A stretch of 64,000 nt of DNA from Vicugna vicugna. Taxonomy: Eukaryota. How positions within the stretch are numbered: the first letter of the stretch is position 1; each line of letters opens with the position of its first letter. The notes beneath the pieces are model-generated. The model ran no database searches. It had not been told where the DNA came from and saw only the letters and a program-made list of their open reading frames with translations. The stretch covers positions 3,474,001 to 3,538,000 of the forward strand of contig MU058687.1 of assembly GCA_013265495.1 (NCBI GenBank). Direction: 5' to 3'. Positions 1-12,120 of this stretch are shown piece by piece. The position numbers were made by a program, and so were the translations under genes.

Positions 1-324
1 GCCTGTACAACTGTACATGGCAGCCTTGATAACTTAAACAAGACCCGTTAATCACAGCCCTTCACATTCACAGTCACATTTGTGAAGCACTTTATAGTTT
101 ATAGGGAATTTCACCTACATTGTGTCAGTTGAACTGAGAAATTCTGTTTTGGTTCCATAACGCATTCTCTCTCCTCTGGCCTTCACCTATGGGATTCTCT
201 GTTGGTTTCATGAACATCCTGTAGCCCCCTCTCAGATGGTGACAGTCCAACTGAACTGGTGACAATTACCAAACACCAAGTCACATTACCAGCCCCAGGC
301 TTTCTTCCACCCCACAGTGCTTAC

Positions 325-413
325 CTGGAATTAGCAGTGGTCACAGCTCGGTAGAGGTGACTGTGCTGGTGATTACGAACGCACTTCTTGTTTGTCGTTT
401 CAGCCCTGAAATC
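325..413 (-). other. Candidate 89-nt internal exon of an unidentified minus-strand transcript
   Basis: Minus-strand acceptor cttctcctcactgacag|G and consensus donor CCAG|GTAAGC. Non-repetitive, keeps 4 CpGs, and one frame is open (DFRAETTNKKCVRNHQHSHLYRAVTTANS). Protein not recognised. Confidence 0.4.
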
Positions 414-1189
414 CTGTCAGTGAGGAGAAGCGATAATAACATGTTATTAAGTTCTTTCTGGGTAATGTTATTCAGGAGTCAGGAGGCAGTTTGGTCATTT
501 ATGTCTTTGAAAAGCTTAGAATAATTTTCAGTGTCATTATCCCCCATTTTAAAGAGCCAGGCTCTAATATATAAATATATATCTGGCCACTCCTGTGAGT
601 ATATATAGATACCTATGGACTCTGAGATGTGCACATGTAAATGTGTGTCCAGGCATGCACATATAAGCACAGTATGTGGGCAGGTGTGTGTAGAAATCAA
701 CACAAACATCAGGTTATTTACAGATTTATGTATATGCATTAAAAACTCCTCCTTTTTAGGATTGTGGCTTCTACATTCCAGGTTGTCAGGCATTAAATTT
801 TATTCCCAGCCTCTCCCTTGACATATTGCAGAGTTTCCATTTTTGCTCATCATCATAATAACAAAAGGAAGAACTCTGTTTATAAACACACCTCCAAGGT
901 GTGCAGTGCCAACATATGGGGACAGCACTTCAGTTGTCCAGTCCTCTCTGTAACTCCCCTTTTCCAAGTGGTAATTCCCAGCAACCTTCTTAGCGGTTTT
1001 GATTCCATCAGAAAAAGTCTGTCTACCTGGCACCAATTATTTGTTAATTTTCCCCTAACATCTCGTACCCAGTGTTACAGGAAAGGTGCGTCTCTGGTAT
1101 GTGCTAATCTTCCTTGTTAATGGAGCTGGTGTTTGTTTATGGACTGTGGAATTTCCTAACTGGAAGGAACTTGTCAGATTACATGAGTT

Positions 1190-1320
1190 GTCTCCCTCTT
1201 TGCAGAGTAGGGAAGGGGATGGTCAGAGTGTGTAGTAACTAATCCAGTTCCTGAGAGTTAGCGGCAAAGCCAGGATGAGAACCCATGCCTCCCGGTCCTC
1301 TAGCCAGAGCTCTTTCGGTA
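1190..1320 (-). mobile_element. MIR SINE fragment
   Basis: Degenerate antisense MIR core (gccaggatgagaaccca...ccagagctctttc). Confidence 0.45.
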
Positions 1321-1904
1321 ACGCATTTCAGCCCCCATGGAAGGCCACTTTGCCTCACTCCAGATGGGCTCTTCCCATATTTCTTGGTGAGCACAGAGAT
1401 GGGGACTGGAGACAGCACCCTCCATAACCTTGGTGCAGTCCTCATCAGCTCTTATCAAGGCAGTCACAGTGCAGTAGGAAAAACTTGAAGGCTAGAGCCC
1501 AGCTTCTAACTGCAGCTTTGCCCAGTGACCCTGGCCAAGTGCTCTTTTAGTTGCCTGTAAATTAGAAATAGTAATAGTATTGAACTCTAGGGTTGTTGTA
1601 AATGAATGCATAGAAGGTGCCTGACGTGTTTTATATGTTGGCTATTACTGTTAACCCTCACCTGCCTTACAGCGTTTCATCTTTCTCTCACTAAACTCTT
1701 CATCTTCTGTTTAGACACTTAACTTTTAAAAAATTGAAATATAGTTGACTAGACATTTAACTCTTAACAAGGCATATGACTTAGTATTTTCCATCCACAG
1801 CTTTACCTCTTTCCTTCAAGTTAATTTCACCCACTCCCATTGCTCCCCAAATTTGCATCTCCTGATCCCATTTACATGAAAGTCCCACAGGTCTTATATT
1901 AGCT

Positions 1905-2970
1905 TCATTCATTCATTTATTCATATAGATATTTACTGAGTGCCTATTATGTGCCAAACACTGTTCTAGGTGCTAGGGATTTAGCAACAATTAAAACAGC
2001 TTCAAGTCCATGTCCTCATGGATTTTTATAGTCCTAGTGGGGGTGGTAGTAGAAAATATCTCAAATCATAGGTGCTGCAATAAGAAAGCAGGATAAGGAG
2101 ATGGGAGTTCTGGAGAAAGGGTAAAAGCTACTAGTTAAAATAAGAAAGGCCTCCTTGATGAGATGGCATTTGAACACCAGGGAGGAAAGGGAGCTGGCAG
2201 CTTGGCTACCTAGGAGATTATTCCAGGCTGAGGAAATAGCGAATACAAAATCCCTGAGGCTGGATATGTTAGGTGTGTTTGTGGTACAAGGAGGCCCGTG
2301 TGGCTGGAGAAGAGCATATGGAAGGAAAGTAGTAGAGAAAAGATTGGAGAAGTACTGGCAGATCCAAAAGGGCTTTGAAGACTATTGGAAGAGCTGGATG
2401 TTACTTGGAGTAATATGGGAATCCAGTGGAGTGTTTTGATTGGAGTGAGTTAATATGACTTATGTATTAATGGAATCATTCTGGCAGGCATGCTGTGAGT
2501 ATATTGTAGGGAGCAAGAGTGGAAGCAGGGAGGTCATCTGGAGGCCACTCCAGTAAGCCCGGGACCGTGACTGGGTGGTAGACATGATGTTCTGCATGAA
2601 TTTTTAAAGTAGAGCTGATAGGTTGTTGAGGCTTAGTTGAGAGGCTGATGAAATAGAGAAGTCAAGAAGGACTGCCAGGTTTTTGTAGAAACGGTTGAAA
2701 GCTAAGACTAGATGAGATCACATGTGAATGGGTGTCAATGGAGAAGGGCTGAGGGCTGGGGGCTGAGGCAGCCCAATGCTACGGAGGTGGGGAGATGAGA
2801 TGGAACATACAAAAGGAAAACTAGGAGAGATGGGCTCTAGAAGTCAAGAACAATGTCTTAAAGAAGAGCCCTGGCCACCTCTGTTAAATGTTGCTAGTAG
2901 TATGAATAAAATAATTAAAGATTGGTTATTGGACTTGGCAATGTGGAGGTCTTTGGTGTCCTAGCATGAC
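1905..2970 (-). mobile_element. L2 LINE 3' portion
   Basis: cattcattcatttatt...tttactgagtgcctattatgtgcca...ctgttctaggtgct, the antisense L2 3' end, followed by purine-rich L2 body. Confidence 0.75.
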
Positions 2971-3039
2971 TAGGTGCCTGGGGTCCAAGCCTTGTGGCTG
3001 CAGCTTGCGGTATAGGAAGCCAGTGGCACAAGCACAGAA

Positions 3040-3262
3040 AAAGAAGTCCACATAATTTCTGAACATATGAGAAGATGTCCCCCCTCATTGATAATAAGTG
3101 AAATGCAGACTAAAACTACACTAATATACCTTTTTCACCTATCAGGTTAGTCAAAGGACTAATATTAAAAGCTTAATAATACAGTGTTGCTTAGGGTACG
3201 AGGGAAACAGGCACTCTCCAGCTTTGCCGATGGGAATGCAAATTGGGACAAATTCTGGAAGG
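3040..3262 (+). mobile_element. Old L1M(E) ORF2-end fragment (left piece)
   Basis: gaaatgcagactaaaactaca...gggaaacaggcactctc...gggaatgcaaattgg; appears to resume near 6905. Confidence 0.6.
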
Positions 3263-3800
3263 GTATATCAGAGTTCAGTTCAGGGAATCAGAAACCATGT
3301 TAGATATTTCAAGCAGAAAGGGATTTAACGTAGGGACTTAGGTGATGGTATAAAAGAACCACTGGCAGGACTGCAAGAGCAAAAGTTAGAATTATAGGAT
3401 TATGCCACTTTCTCTTTCTTTTTTGATCATACTGCCCCAAGCTGTGATCAAGAGGTCTGAAAAGCTGTTGCTGCCACTCAGACACTGGGAAGTCATGGCT
3501 GTCTTGTAGCTCTGAAGCCACTGATTGACTGGCTATTACAAAAACTCAGTGGCCAAAGATGATGTGCCAGCTGCCATCAGAATCAGGTTAAAAATGGCTT
3601 CCTCCCTCTTCAGTCTTTCGCATCTCATGTGAGCTCATCTCACTGGTAAAAACTAACTGTATTTATATCCCAGTTATAAAGGAAGTTTGGGAGATGTAGT
3701 TCCCAAGTTTCTGGCTCCTATGAGCTATATCCTATCTCCTATGGGAGAGTATGGAAGGGAATAGAAAGGGGTACCAAATGCTAGTAGACAGTATCTGTCT
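3263..3800 (-). mobile_element. Ancient LTR, family uncertain
   Basis: gtatatcagagttcagttcagggaatcagaaacca...gggatttaacgtaggga resembles the antisense terminus of old mammalian LTRs. Confidence 0.4.
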
Positions 3801-4399
3801 AATACGGCCTAGCCCTGTGGCTTCTCAGCATCCACATTTACCCTTTTGTCCATATCTAAATTCCCAGCGGCATCAATAGGGACAAAATGCTTCCATCTAA
3901 AGGAAAGCATGGTTACATAAAATAATGTAGCCACCCTGTCCCTCTAGAGAAAGACCCAGAGTCTCATCAGGCATTGTGTCCATCTCCCTTCTAGTTCAGT
4001 CCCCATCCCATTTGCTATTCTAAAGACTAAATTATAAGATTAGCTGCTTCTAACACTCCTCGTATAAAATATTAGGAGAAAGAAAGAAAAAGAAAATACC
4101 TAATAAAGCAAGGAAGAATATGTGCATATTTACTACATTTTTGCAACCAGCCTCTGTTGATTATTGTAACTTCCTCCTTCTGCCTTCTAGCCCTTGTTCC
4201 TTTTGTCCTCAGCCAGCCTTCAGCGGTTCAGGATCCTCTATCTGGTGTAGCAACACAAACCTTCCTTCCTTCAGGCTCTCTTGGTGGTTCTGCTTGTATT
4301 ACTGTGGTTTTCCATTAACTTTTACTAATGGACATAGAGGTACAGAGGTGTTCAAAATTAGTATCATTAATTGTGGAACAACTAGACATTATGTGCCTG

Positions 4400-5250
4400 C
4401 AGATGTGGTATGAAGTTTAACAGGAAGTTCAAAGCATCCCTTTAAAGTGTTTGGCCAATCATGTTAAATCTGAATCAAACCAAGCTTTTAGATTACATGA
4501 CTGTTTGCATTTGTCAAAACTCGTAGAACTATAAAGTAAAAAAGATGATATTTGCTGTAGATAAATTATACCTCGATAAATACAGCTTTTAAAAACCCAA
4601 ACTTTAGATCCACCTCATTTCCCAGGAAATACTAGGGATAATTAAATGACAGTGTAAAGAAATAGACATATTTAGAATGTGGGACATTCTACATGACAGC
4701 TGGCCTGATCTCTTCAAAGAGTCAATGTCATGAGGGGAAATTGTCCTAGATAAGACAAGACTTAAGAGCCATAATAAACAAATTTACTGCATGAAACTTA
4801 CTAGATCCTGGTTTCAGAGAAATAGGTATAAAATATATTTTTAGGACAATTATAGAAATGTGAATATGAAGGGAGTTTTAGGTGATATTAGAGAATTATT
4901 GCTATTTTTGTTACATATAATATTGGCATTGTTAATTGGAAAAATATCCCTACTCATTGGAGATATATGTAGAAATATTTAAGGGTTAAGTGTCATGGTT
5001 TTTTTTTTTTTAATTGAAGTATAGCTGATTTACAATGTTATGTTAGTTTCTGGAGTACAGCGTAGTGATTCAAGTTATAAATATATATTCTTTTTCACTA
5101 TAGGTTATTACACATGATGTTTTAAATTTACTAAGAAATGATTCAGTTATGAGACAAAAAATGGCAAAATATGAATGATGGTTGAAACTAGGTGGTGGTA
5201 CATGGACATTTATTGTATTCTTTTCTTGCTTGTTTGGAATTAGAATTAAA
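4400..5250 (+). mobile_element. L1MC-like 3' UTR fragments
   Basis: tgtgggacattctacatgacagctggcctgatctcttcaaagagtcaatgtcatg and later L1MC 3'-UTR motifs. Confidence 0.6.
4998..5113 (-). mobile_element. Very short young L1 3' end
   Basis: Poly-T followed by aattgaagtatagctgatttacaatgtt..., matching the L1 tails at about 25190, 40020 and 62290. Confidence 0.8.
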
Positions 5251-5534
5251 ATTACAATGAAACAAACAACAAACAGGGAAGAGCTGCTGTTGGACCCACG
5301 TAGCTGCCCCACACAGCCTGTGGACCCAAAGTGGGAGATGGAACACAGAGTAAAGAGCCTAACGGACCACAGAGTATAGAGCACAAAAACTCCTATCTAG
5401 TGAAACTGGCACTTCAGTCCCTGCCGGTCTCAAAGGAGGAGGGGCTTCTGCCTCCCTTCCTCCTTCCAAATCATGGGTGTGTGATTGACCAGGCTGAACC
5501 TAAAACCCTGCTGGCCAAGAGCAGCTTACCCTGC

Positions 5535-6606
5535 AGGTAATGGAGCCTAAGCCTCCAGGCCCTTTCTTTCCACAAGCATCTTCCAAGGCTCCAGGAGTGC
5601 CCTAGAGATGTGCTCACAGGCTCATATGCTTCTGTAGCTATCTTTTCAGAAGTAATATATTTCAAATGCAAATAGTTCAGATTGCTGTCTATTTCGACTC
5701 TGATTTTCCTTGTGTCACACTTTCCCTTGTGTTGGATGGTATCAGTATGGCCATGGGAATTTTGGAGATCCAGATAAGAGGAAGTTGAACTGGGGATGCA
5801 GTTAGTTGGTGTCTAACGGGATCTGCTTCTGTGGTTTGCAGTCACTTGCAAGTCCGTCCTGTTGTAGGAATGGCTTCCGTGAAGACCCCTACTGCTCACC
5901 GTGCCAGCTCCCCAGGCTTTATGCTACCATGGTGCAGGGCAGAGTTCAGATCACAACGTGAATGTGTCTCAACACCAGAGGATTCAGTAGTGGAGGAGAA
6001 AAAAAGGTTAAAATGTACAAAGTCAGGATAATATTCTTCCACTTACCACTTGTATAAAATTGTAAATGAAGAATTTGGTGCTCACTGATGCCTAATAAAA
6101 TGGAAGCTCTCTCCTAGCAAGGACATACTCAGTAACTTAGCTTACATATTTATAAATGCACCAAATCTTTTTTGATGTGCATTATGAATCATAGTTTATC
6201 AGAATTCCTACATTTGTAAGGCAAAACCAGCAGTACTACTAACAGTATGTCTCATATATTTTATGCACATCAGCTGTCAAGAATAAAAATAAATTTTAAT
6301 GAAGTATGCTGAAAGGAAAATTCAACTATCTTTTTATTTATTCTCCATAAGATATTACAAAGTCTTGTCTTATGGAAAAGTGATTAAAGATCATGTAGCC
6401 CCCCAAAAGGAGGGAATAAACTATTATACAGATATGTTGGAAAGTTGAATAATTATAATATTTTTCCTGGTTGTAGCGATATTTGTGTTATTTTAGCTTT
6501 AAAAAATCTCTAATATATTATGATTTCCACCCTCATTCTAAATAATTATTTGCAATTCTGTATTTTTTTACTTAAAAGAAGGCCTCCACAATTGTATAAG
6601 CTTTAG
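5535..6606 (+). mobile_element. Zaphod-like hAT-Tip100 DNA transposon remnant
   Basis: Ends resemble the recalled Zaphod consensus (aatggagcctaagcctccaggccc...; aagaaggcctccacaattgtataagctt), with decayed AT-rich interior. Confidence 0.55.
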
Positions 6607-6668
6607 ACAGACAATGGCAGAGCAAAAAAGATACAATCCTGGTATCTTAAGACACTTAGCCCACAGTA

Positions 6669-6778
6669 GGGACGGTATAATAGCTCAGTGTGTGTTAACA
6701 TGTATGAGGTGTTGGGTTTAATCCCCAGTATCTCCATTAAAACAAACAAACAAACAAACAAAACAAAACAAAACAAAG
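6669..6778 (+). mobile_element. tRNA-derived SINE (camelid Vic-1-like) with (AAAC)n tail
   Basis: gggacggtataatagctcagtg (A box) ... gggtttaatccccagtatctccatt (B box) and an AAAC/AAAAC tail; homologous to the copies at 7417 and 63479. Confidence 0.75.
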
Positions 6779-6904
6779 AGAAGCCATGGCAGCTCTGGAT
6801 GGTCCACCTCCAGAGTCCTTTTATTTAGAGGAGAAATAAATATCTATCTTATTTAAGTGACTGTTCTACTGACTTTTCTGTTATGAACAACCAAATAGAA
6901 TCTT

Positions 6905-7335
6905 AACTGCTATGCCCTTTGACTCAGCAGTTCCACTTCCAGGAATTTGTCCCATAGATATACTGGCACATTTGCAAGTTGATGTATGGTCAAGGTCATT
7001 CATTGCAGCAAAAGATGAGAAACAATTTTTATGCTCATCAATGGAGACTACTTAAATAAATTATGTACATCCATACAGCAAAATAGTAAGCATTGGATAT
7101 TAGGAGGAAGCTTGTCATGTTGATATGGAATTATCTGTAAGGTATATTGTTAAGAGAAAAAAGTAAGTATAGAGCAGTGTGAATACGGTGCTATAATTTG
7201 TGTTAAATTGTATATATATATACACACCATTGGTTGCCTCTGAGGGCAACTGAGTGTCTGAGGACAGAGTGGGAGGGAGACTTTTTACTGTGTTCCTTTT
7301 GAATAATTGTGAATGTTTAATCTATTAAAAAATAA
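6905..7335 (+). mobile_element. Old L1M(E) 3' fragment (right piece)
   Basis: tgccctttgactcagcagttccacttccaggaatt...cattggttgcctctgaggg...gggagactttttactg. Confidence 0.65.
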
Positions 7336-7416
7336 GATAAAAACTAGAAAACATTCTTATAATTAATACTTGTATAAAATATATTATTTGTTAAATAAAA
7401 AATCTCTTTTCAGTGA

Positions 7417-7570
7417 GGGAGGGTATAGCTCAGTGGTAGAGTGCATCCGTAGTATGCAGGAGGTCCTCCTGTACCGTAGTATGCAGGAGGTCCTCCTGTA
7501 CCTAATCCCCCAGTACCTCCATAAAAAAGAAAGAAATAAACCTAATCACCACCACCCTACCTCCCAAAAA
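7417..7570 (+). mobile_element. tRNA-derived SINE with internal 27-bp duplication and target-site duplication (TSD)
   Basis: gggagggtatagctcagtggtagagtgc; TSD ctcttttcag at 7404-7413 and 7571-7580; perfect tandem repeat 7447-7473 / 7474-7500. Confidence 0.85.
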
Positions 7571-7608
7571 CTCTTTTCAGATTAAAAAAAATCCCTTAAG
7601 TCACCCAT

Positions 7609-7738
7609 AGAGATGCCATATGCTTGGCTTGCAGGACAGTCCCAGTTTATGCCTCTTGTTCTGGTGTAATTATCAACATCATCTCACTTTCTCTGTCAGT
7701 GGTGTCCTGGTTTGGATGATAAACTATCTGGTCAACCC
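7609..7738 (+). mobile_element. MER94-like hAT-Blackjack MITE
   Basis: ggacagtcccagtttatgcct...gtaattat...gtgtcctggtttggatgataaactatctggtcaacc matches the recalled MER94 consensus. Confidence 0.65.
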
Positions 7739-8129
7739 ATCCACAAAGTATATCAGAGTCCTTAAGAAGTTCAGCCCAGCCAGTGGTGAAACTGATCCTA
7801 TCTCTTTGGCTGATGACCAGATGAAGTAGTTGACTTGAGTTTAGGGACATTGAGTGAATTAAAAAATGTATGTTTGTAATAATAAATGGCTGTCAATGGG
7901 ACAGGCAATGATCACACCAAGAAAGGTAATGGGGAGTGGAACAAACTGAAGGTCTGATAGCTTCTGTTTACCATCTTGTGCTGATTCTGGCTCATTGCTT
8001 AGTGGGAGGAATGGTGGATGAACTACTGTGCTATTTCTCTGATCATTTTCTTTCTCTTTTTGCTGTGTAATCATAAACACACATGTTACATGCTCATATA
8101 TCACGGCTCAACTCTGTGGAGCTTACCAC

Positions 8130-8490
8130 ATTGTATTTGCAATCTGCCTATACCTCCTGGACTGTGAGCCCTGTAAGGACAGTGACTGTGCCTGATTTCT
8201 CCCTGTGTCCTTGACCACAGTCAAACTCATTAAATGTTTGTTGAATGAATGAATGAACTCTGTGGATACCTATGCTGACATCTGGTGCTCTCTTCCCCAC
8301 AGACCCTGGTTGTCATGTCTTGAAGATTGTAATATTTTGAAGGCAGGAGCTAGACTTACTTGAATCAACACTGGAACCCCAACACAGAGCACTGGATATA
8401 GTAAGTACTAATAAGAATCAGTACATGCCTGGTCCATAGTAAGTTCTAATAAATATCAGTTTGATGAATGAATGAATGAATGAATGATTC
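8130..8490 (+). mobile_element. Two L2 3' ends with (TGAA)n tails
   Basis: aaatgtttgttgaatgaatgaatgaa near 8233-8257 and a (tgaa)n run near 8465-8487. Confidence 0.6.
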
Positions 8491-8545
8491 AGTTTTTGCA
8501 TCAGTCATCTGAAGACCAGTCTCTTAGACTGAGCATTCCTATCAC

Positions 8546-8920
8546 TGGTATTTTGGACTCAATGTTTGTGTCTCCCTCAAATTCATACGTTGAAGCCCCT
8601 AACCCACAATGTGATGGTATTTGGAGATGGGACCTCTGAGGGGTAATTAGAGTTAGATTAGGTCATGAGGGTAGAGCCCTCGTGATGGAATTAGTGGCCT
8701 TTATAAGAAGAGAAAGCTTGCACACACGGGAGAAAGACCATGTGAAGACATAGCAAGAAGGCGGCTGGCTGCAAGGCAGGAAGTGAGCTCCCCTCAGGAA
8801 GCCAGTCTGCTGGCACCTTGATCTGGGATTTTCCATGCCTCTAGAACGGTGACAAATAAAATTCTGTTGTTTAAGCCACAGTCTATGGTATTTTGTATGG
8901 CAGCCAAGCAGACTAAGACA
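8546..8920 (+). mobile_element. MLT1A-type MaLR solo LTR
   Basis: TG...CA ends; aatgtttgtgtctccctcaaattcatacgttgaag at the start; aataaa and atggcagccaagcagactaagaca at the end. Confidence 0.85.
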
Positions 8921-10004
8921 GGTGGTCCGCCTGGCCCTGGCGTGGGACAGGAGAGCTCTCTCACCCTGGTGGAGGAAGAGTCCATGGACGAGGCAGGGTT
9001 TGGACACCTTGCTGAAGGAAGACAGGGCTTGCTTTCCGAGCTGCCAGGGCCTCCTCTTGTCTCAGGCACTGCCCAACCCGGCTCGCCCCTGTGCCTGTGG
9101 ATTCCTTACAGGGACTCCTCCCATGCCAGGGAATATACTCCCCTGGGTACTCAGGTTTTGATACAGTCTTAAAAAAATTGGCTGGGAGAAAGTGAAGTGC
9201 TGTAATATTTTCTAAATGCCACAACTACTAAGAATACAGGGATTCTAATTATTCAGTTAGATTGTGCCGTGTTCAAAATGGGCTGTGAGTTACACAGTTA
9301 CCAGTGAATTAGCTGTCACGCCATCCTCTCTCCTCCACTTAAGAATACATTTCAAATTCAGGGGACGGTGATGTTGTTTTAGGGGAGATATTGACTTTAG
9401 TTTTCCAAAAAGTAGCTAGCTCACAAATTGTAGTAGTCTCACTGTTAATAGTAACAAATTACCTTACAACTGGCTGAGACACTCTAAGGTACACAACCAA
9501 CTATTCCTTTGTTTAAGTACTGCCTCCTTCTACATCCACTTTAGACCTGTAAGTGCTCTCGAAGGATAACATATCACTAACTCCCTATCTACTTCTCTAC
9601 GTAACGATGGAGTCTGGTCTGGTGTGATATGAAGTTGCTTGTGTGTGTGTGTGTGTCTGTGTGGTTGGGGACGTGGGATAGGGCTGCTAGAAAGGGCATG
9701 GGGTAGAGAAGGGGTGCTGAGTGCTCCCAATGCTCACAATTTTGCTTTGGGCCCAAGAACAAGGCTCAGAGACAAGCATTAGGTCATCTGAGGGTGGTGA
9801 TTCTGTGTTACATGTGGCAATAGTCACCATTTCTCCTGACCTGTGTATCATCAGGCCTAATTGTCCTCTGATAACTGCTCAGCTCGAGGAGGCCGTCTTC
9901 TGAAGAGATGGTGCTTGGCTTGCACTTGGCCCCCCTTTTTGTGTCAGGGACCCCTGCTCTCTGGAAATAATGAGTGGTTTGGTGGAGGGAGGAAGTGGAG
10001 AACT

Positions 10005-10222
10005 TGAGATCAGATGCACTGGGCTTGAATTCTGGTTATCACTTATTAGCTGTGTGGCCTTGGGCAAGTCACGTGACCTCACTGAGTCTCAGTTTTTTCA
10101 TAGTGAACAGGTTGATAATAAAAGTTTCTACCCTAGAGGACTGTTGTATTTAGTAAGACCAATATAGTGCTTAACATAGCTGTTGGCACATAGTAAGCCT
10201 TCAGTAAATGTGAGCTATTATT
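10005..10222 (+). mobile_element. MIR SINE
   Basis: cacttattagctgtgtggccttgggcaagtcacgtgacctcactgagtctcagtttt core. Confidence 0.8.
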
Positions 10223-11689
10223 TATTTCTGTATGTTTGCTCATTCTTCTAATAAACTGAAGGCGGTGTAAAAAGACTTTGGTTGGGACAGTTGTCATTCA
10301 CAGTCTACCATTCAGCTTGTCACTAGGACAAAAACCAGAATGAGTGGGCAGAACCTAGTACAGTGTCAATCAGGGAGACATGCCTGGACTGTCTGAGTGA
10401 TATCTGGGATACACAGAGCATCCTGTGGATACTGAGCTTCTTTGAATCCTGAATGTGCAGGAATAAGGCAAGAGTTCAACTCTGAGAGAGGCTGTTGGAA
10501 TCCAAAGCCCGAGTTCTAGAGAGCGAGAGTCTGGGTGTTCTTCCCAGAGCAGTCCTTTGGTGAGAGACAGGAATGTGAGAATGCCAGGCTACAGAGGGAG
10601 GGGTTTAACCATCCTACAAATCCCTGCTTGCTGATACCTGGAAGCTGTCTCTCCCAGGACAATGAGATGCGCATGGTTGAGGGCGATGGCATGGGAAGCT
10701 GTGTCTACACCCTGGACCCGGCCAGATTGAAGCTCAGATTTTAACAAGCAAGAGAAATGAGCTCTGTGTTTGGAGGCTTGTCACTAATCCTAGGATCTTT
10801 ATTTGGCTGAGGTGCCTCTCTGGGTCTTGGTTTTCTCACCTATGAAACCAGAGAATAGATGGTCTCTGGGATACCTTCCACTGCTGACATTCTGTGGCTG
10901 GAAGATCATGAAAGAGGAAGAAATGGTTTGTTTTTGGTGGCCTGGCCTTTCTGCATCTTGCTATTTCTCCACCTTGCCACTGTCTCTGGGTCCCAAGGAC
11001 ATTCCTGCTGCCACTTGGTGGTCTACGACCCCCAAATTTGTGGTCACCTGGGTCACCAGTACTGGTGACTCTGACATTTTTCTTTTCATCTATCTCTCCC
11101 AGTCCATGCAAGAGGATGAGTTTCTCATTTCCCCTTCTTACCCTTCCACTCGTGACAATGGTGCCATTAGGTCATTCATTCGTTTATTCATTCACTAGAT
11201 TGTGGGTACAGGGCCAAAGGCAGTGGCTACAGTGATGGTGAAGCAGGCATAGTCATGTGCTTGTGGAGTGAGCATGATGGTGGAGGACACCAGTCTGGTG
11301 ACAGGTGTATTGAGAAAGAAACAGGCTCTCTGAGGGCAGTTACTGGGGAGAAAGTGGATGGGAAGGGAGCAGGGCAGGTAAGATCACTTTGAGGGTGGGG
11401 CCTTTGAGCTGAGACTTCAGTGGTAAGTAGGAGTAAGGCAGGAGAAGCAAGCAAATGTGTGGGGAGGAGAAGGGGCTGGGGGAGGAGGGGGCATGTCAGC
11501 TCCAGGAGGGCAAGGATTTTTGACTTTGTTTAGTATCCCAATGCCTCAGGTGATAGCCCCTCAACACAGAGTCTAGACTGAGTCCCATATCAGAGTCCTG
11601 ATGGCCTGGAGGCAGCTGAAAGGCCAGTTCTCTGCACTGCTGTCTTTCAGAAGCTCAAATCAGCAAGAGTAGGAATCCAGGAGCCAGTT

Positions 11690-12120
11690 AGGAGGCTCAT
11701 CTGGTGTGGATTCCACCAAAAGCAGACACTGAGATAAGGATTTAGGTGCCACTAGTTTTACTTGAAAAGTACAAGCGAGGGACTAGGGAAACAGAAGAAA
11801 AGAGAGAAAAGTCAGAAAAATAAAGGATGGGTTAATGAATGGGGGGAAGGGCTGAATCCTTTTGGGGACCTCTGAGGAATCTTGTGGAATGGGCCTCAGC
11901 ATTGTCCTCCTGAGGGATGGGGATGGGTATTTATCTGTGACTCTTTTAGGGCTGCCCTGTTCTGGACTGAGCAAGATCCTGGGCTGTTGGAGGAAGCTCT
12001 TAGAGAAAGCAGACGAGCCATGTGAGGTGGGAAGCTGCCGGCTCCTCTGCAACCCTCCACCACAGCTGCATCCGAAGCCAGAGGGTCTGGGGTGGGCAAC
12101 ACCGTGTCTGCTGCAGAGGG
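11690..12120 (-). mobile_element. LTR16-like ERVL LTR
   Basis: aaagcagacactgagataaggatttaggtgccactagtttta resembles the element at about 61865. Confidence 0.5.

Noticed and set aside
434..449. 16-bp perfect palindrome taataacatgttatta
   Set aside because: About one is expected by chance in 64 kb; noted only because it overlaps the putative branch region of exon 413-325
7417..7445. tRNA gene (also at 6669 and 63479)
   Set aside because: The tRNA-like head is followed by SINE body and an A-rich tail, and I could not build a complete cloverleaf
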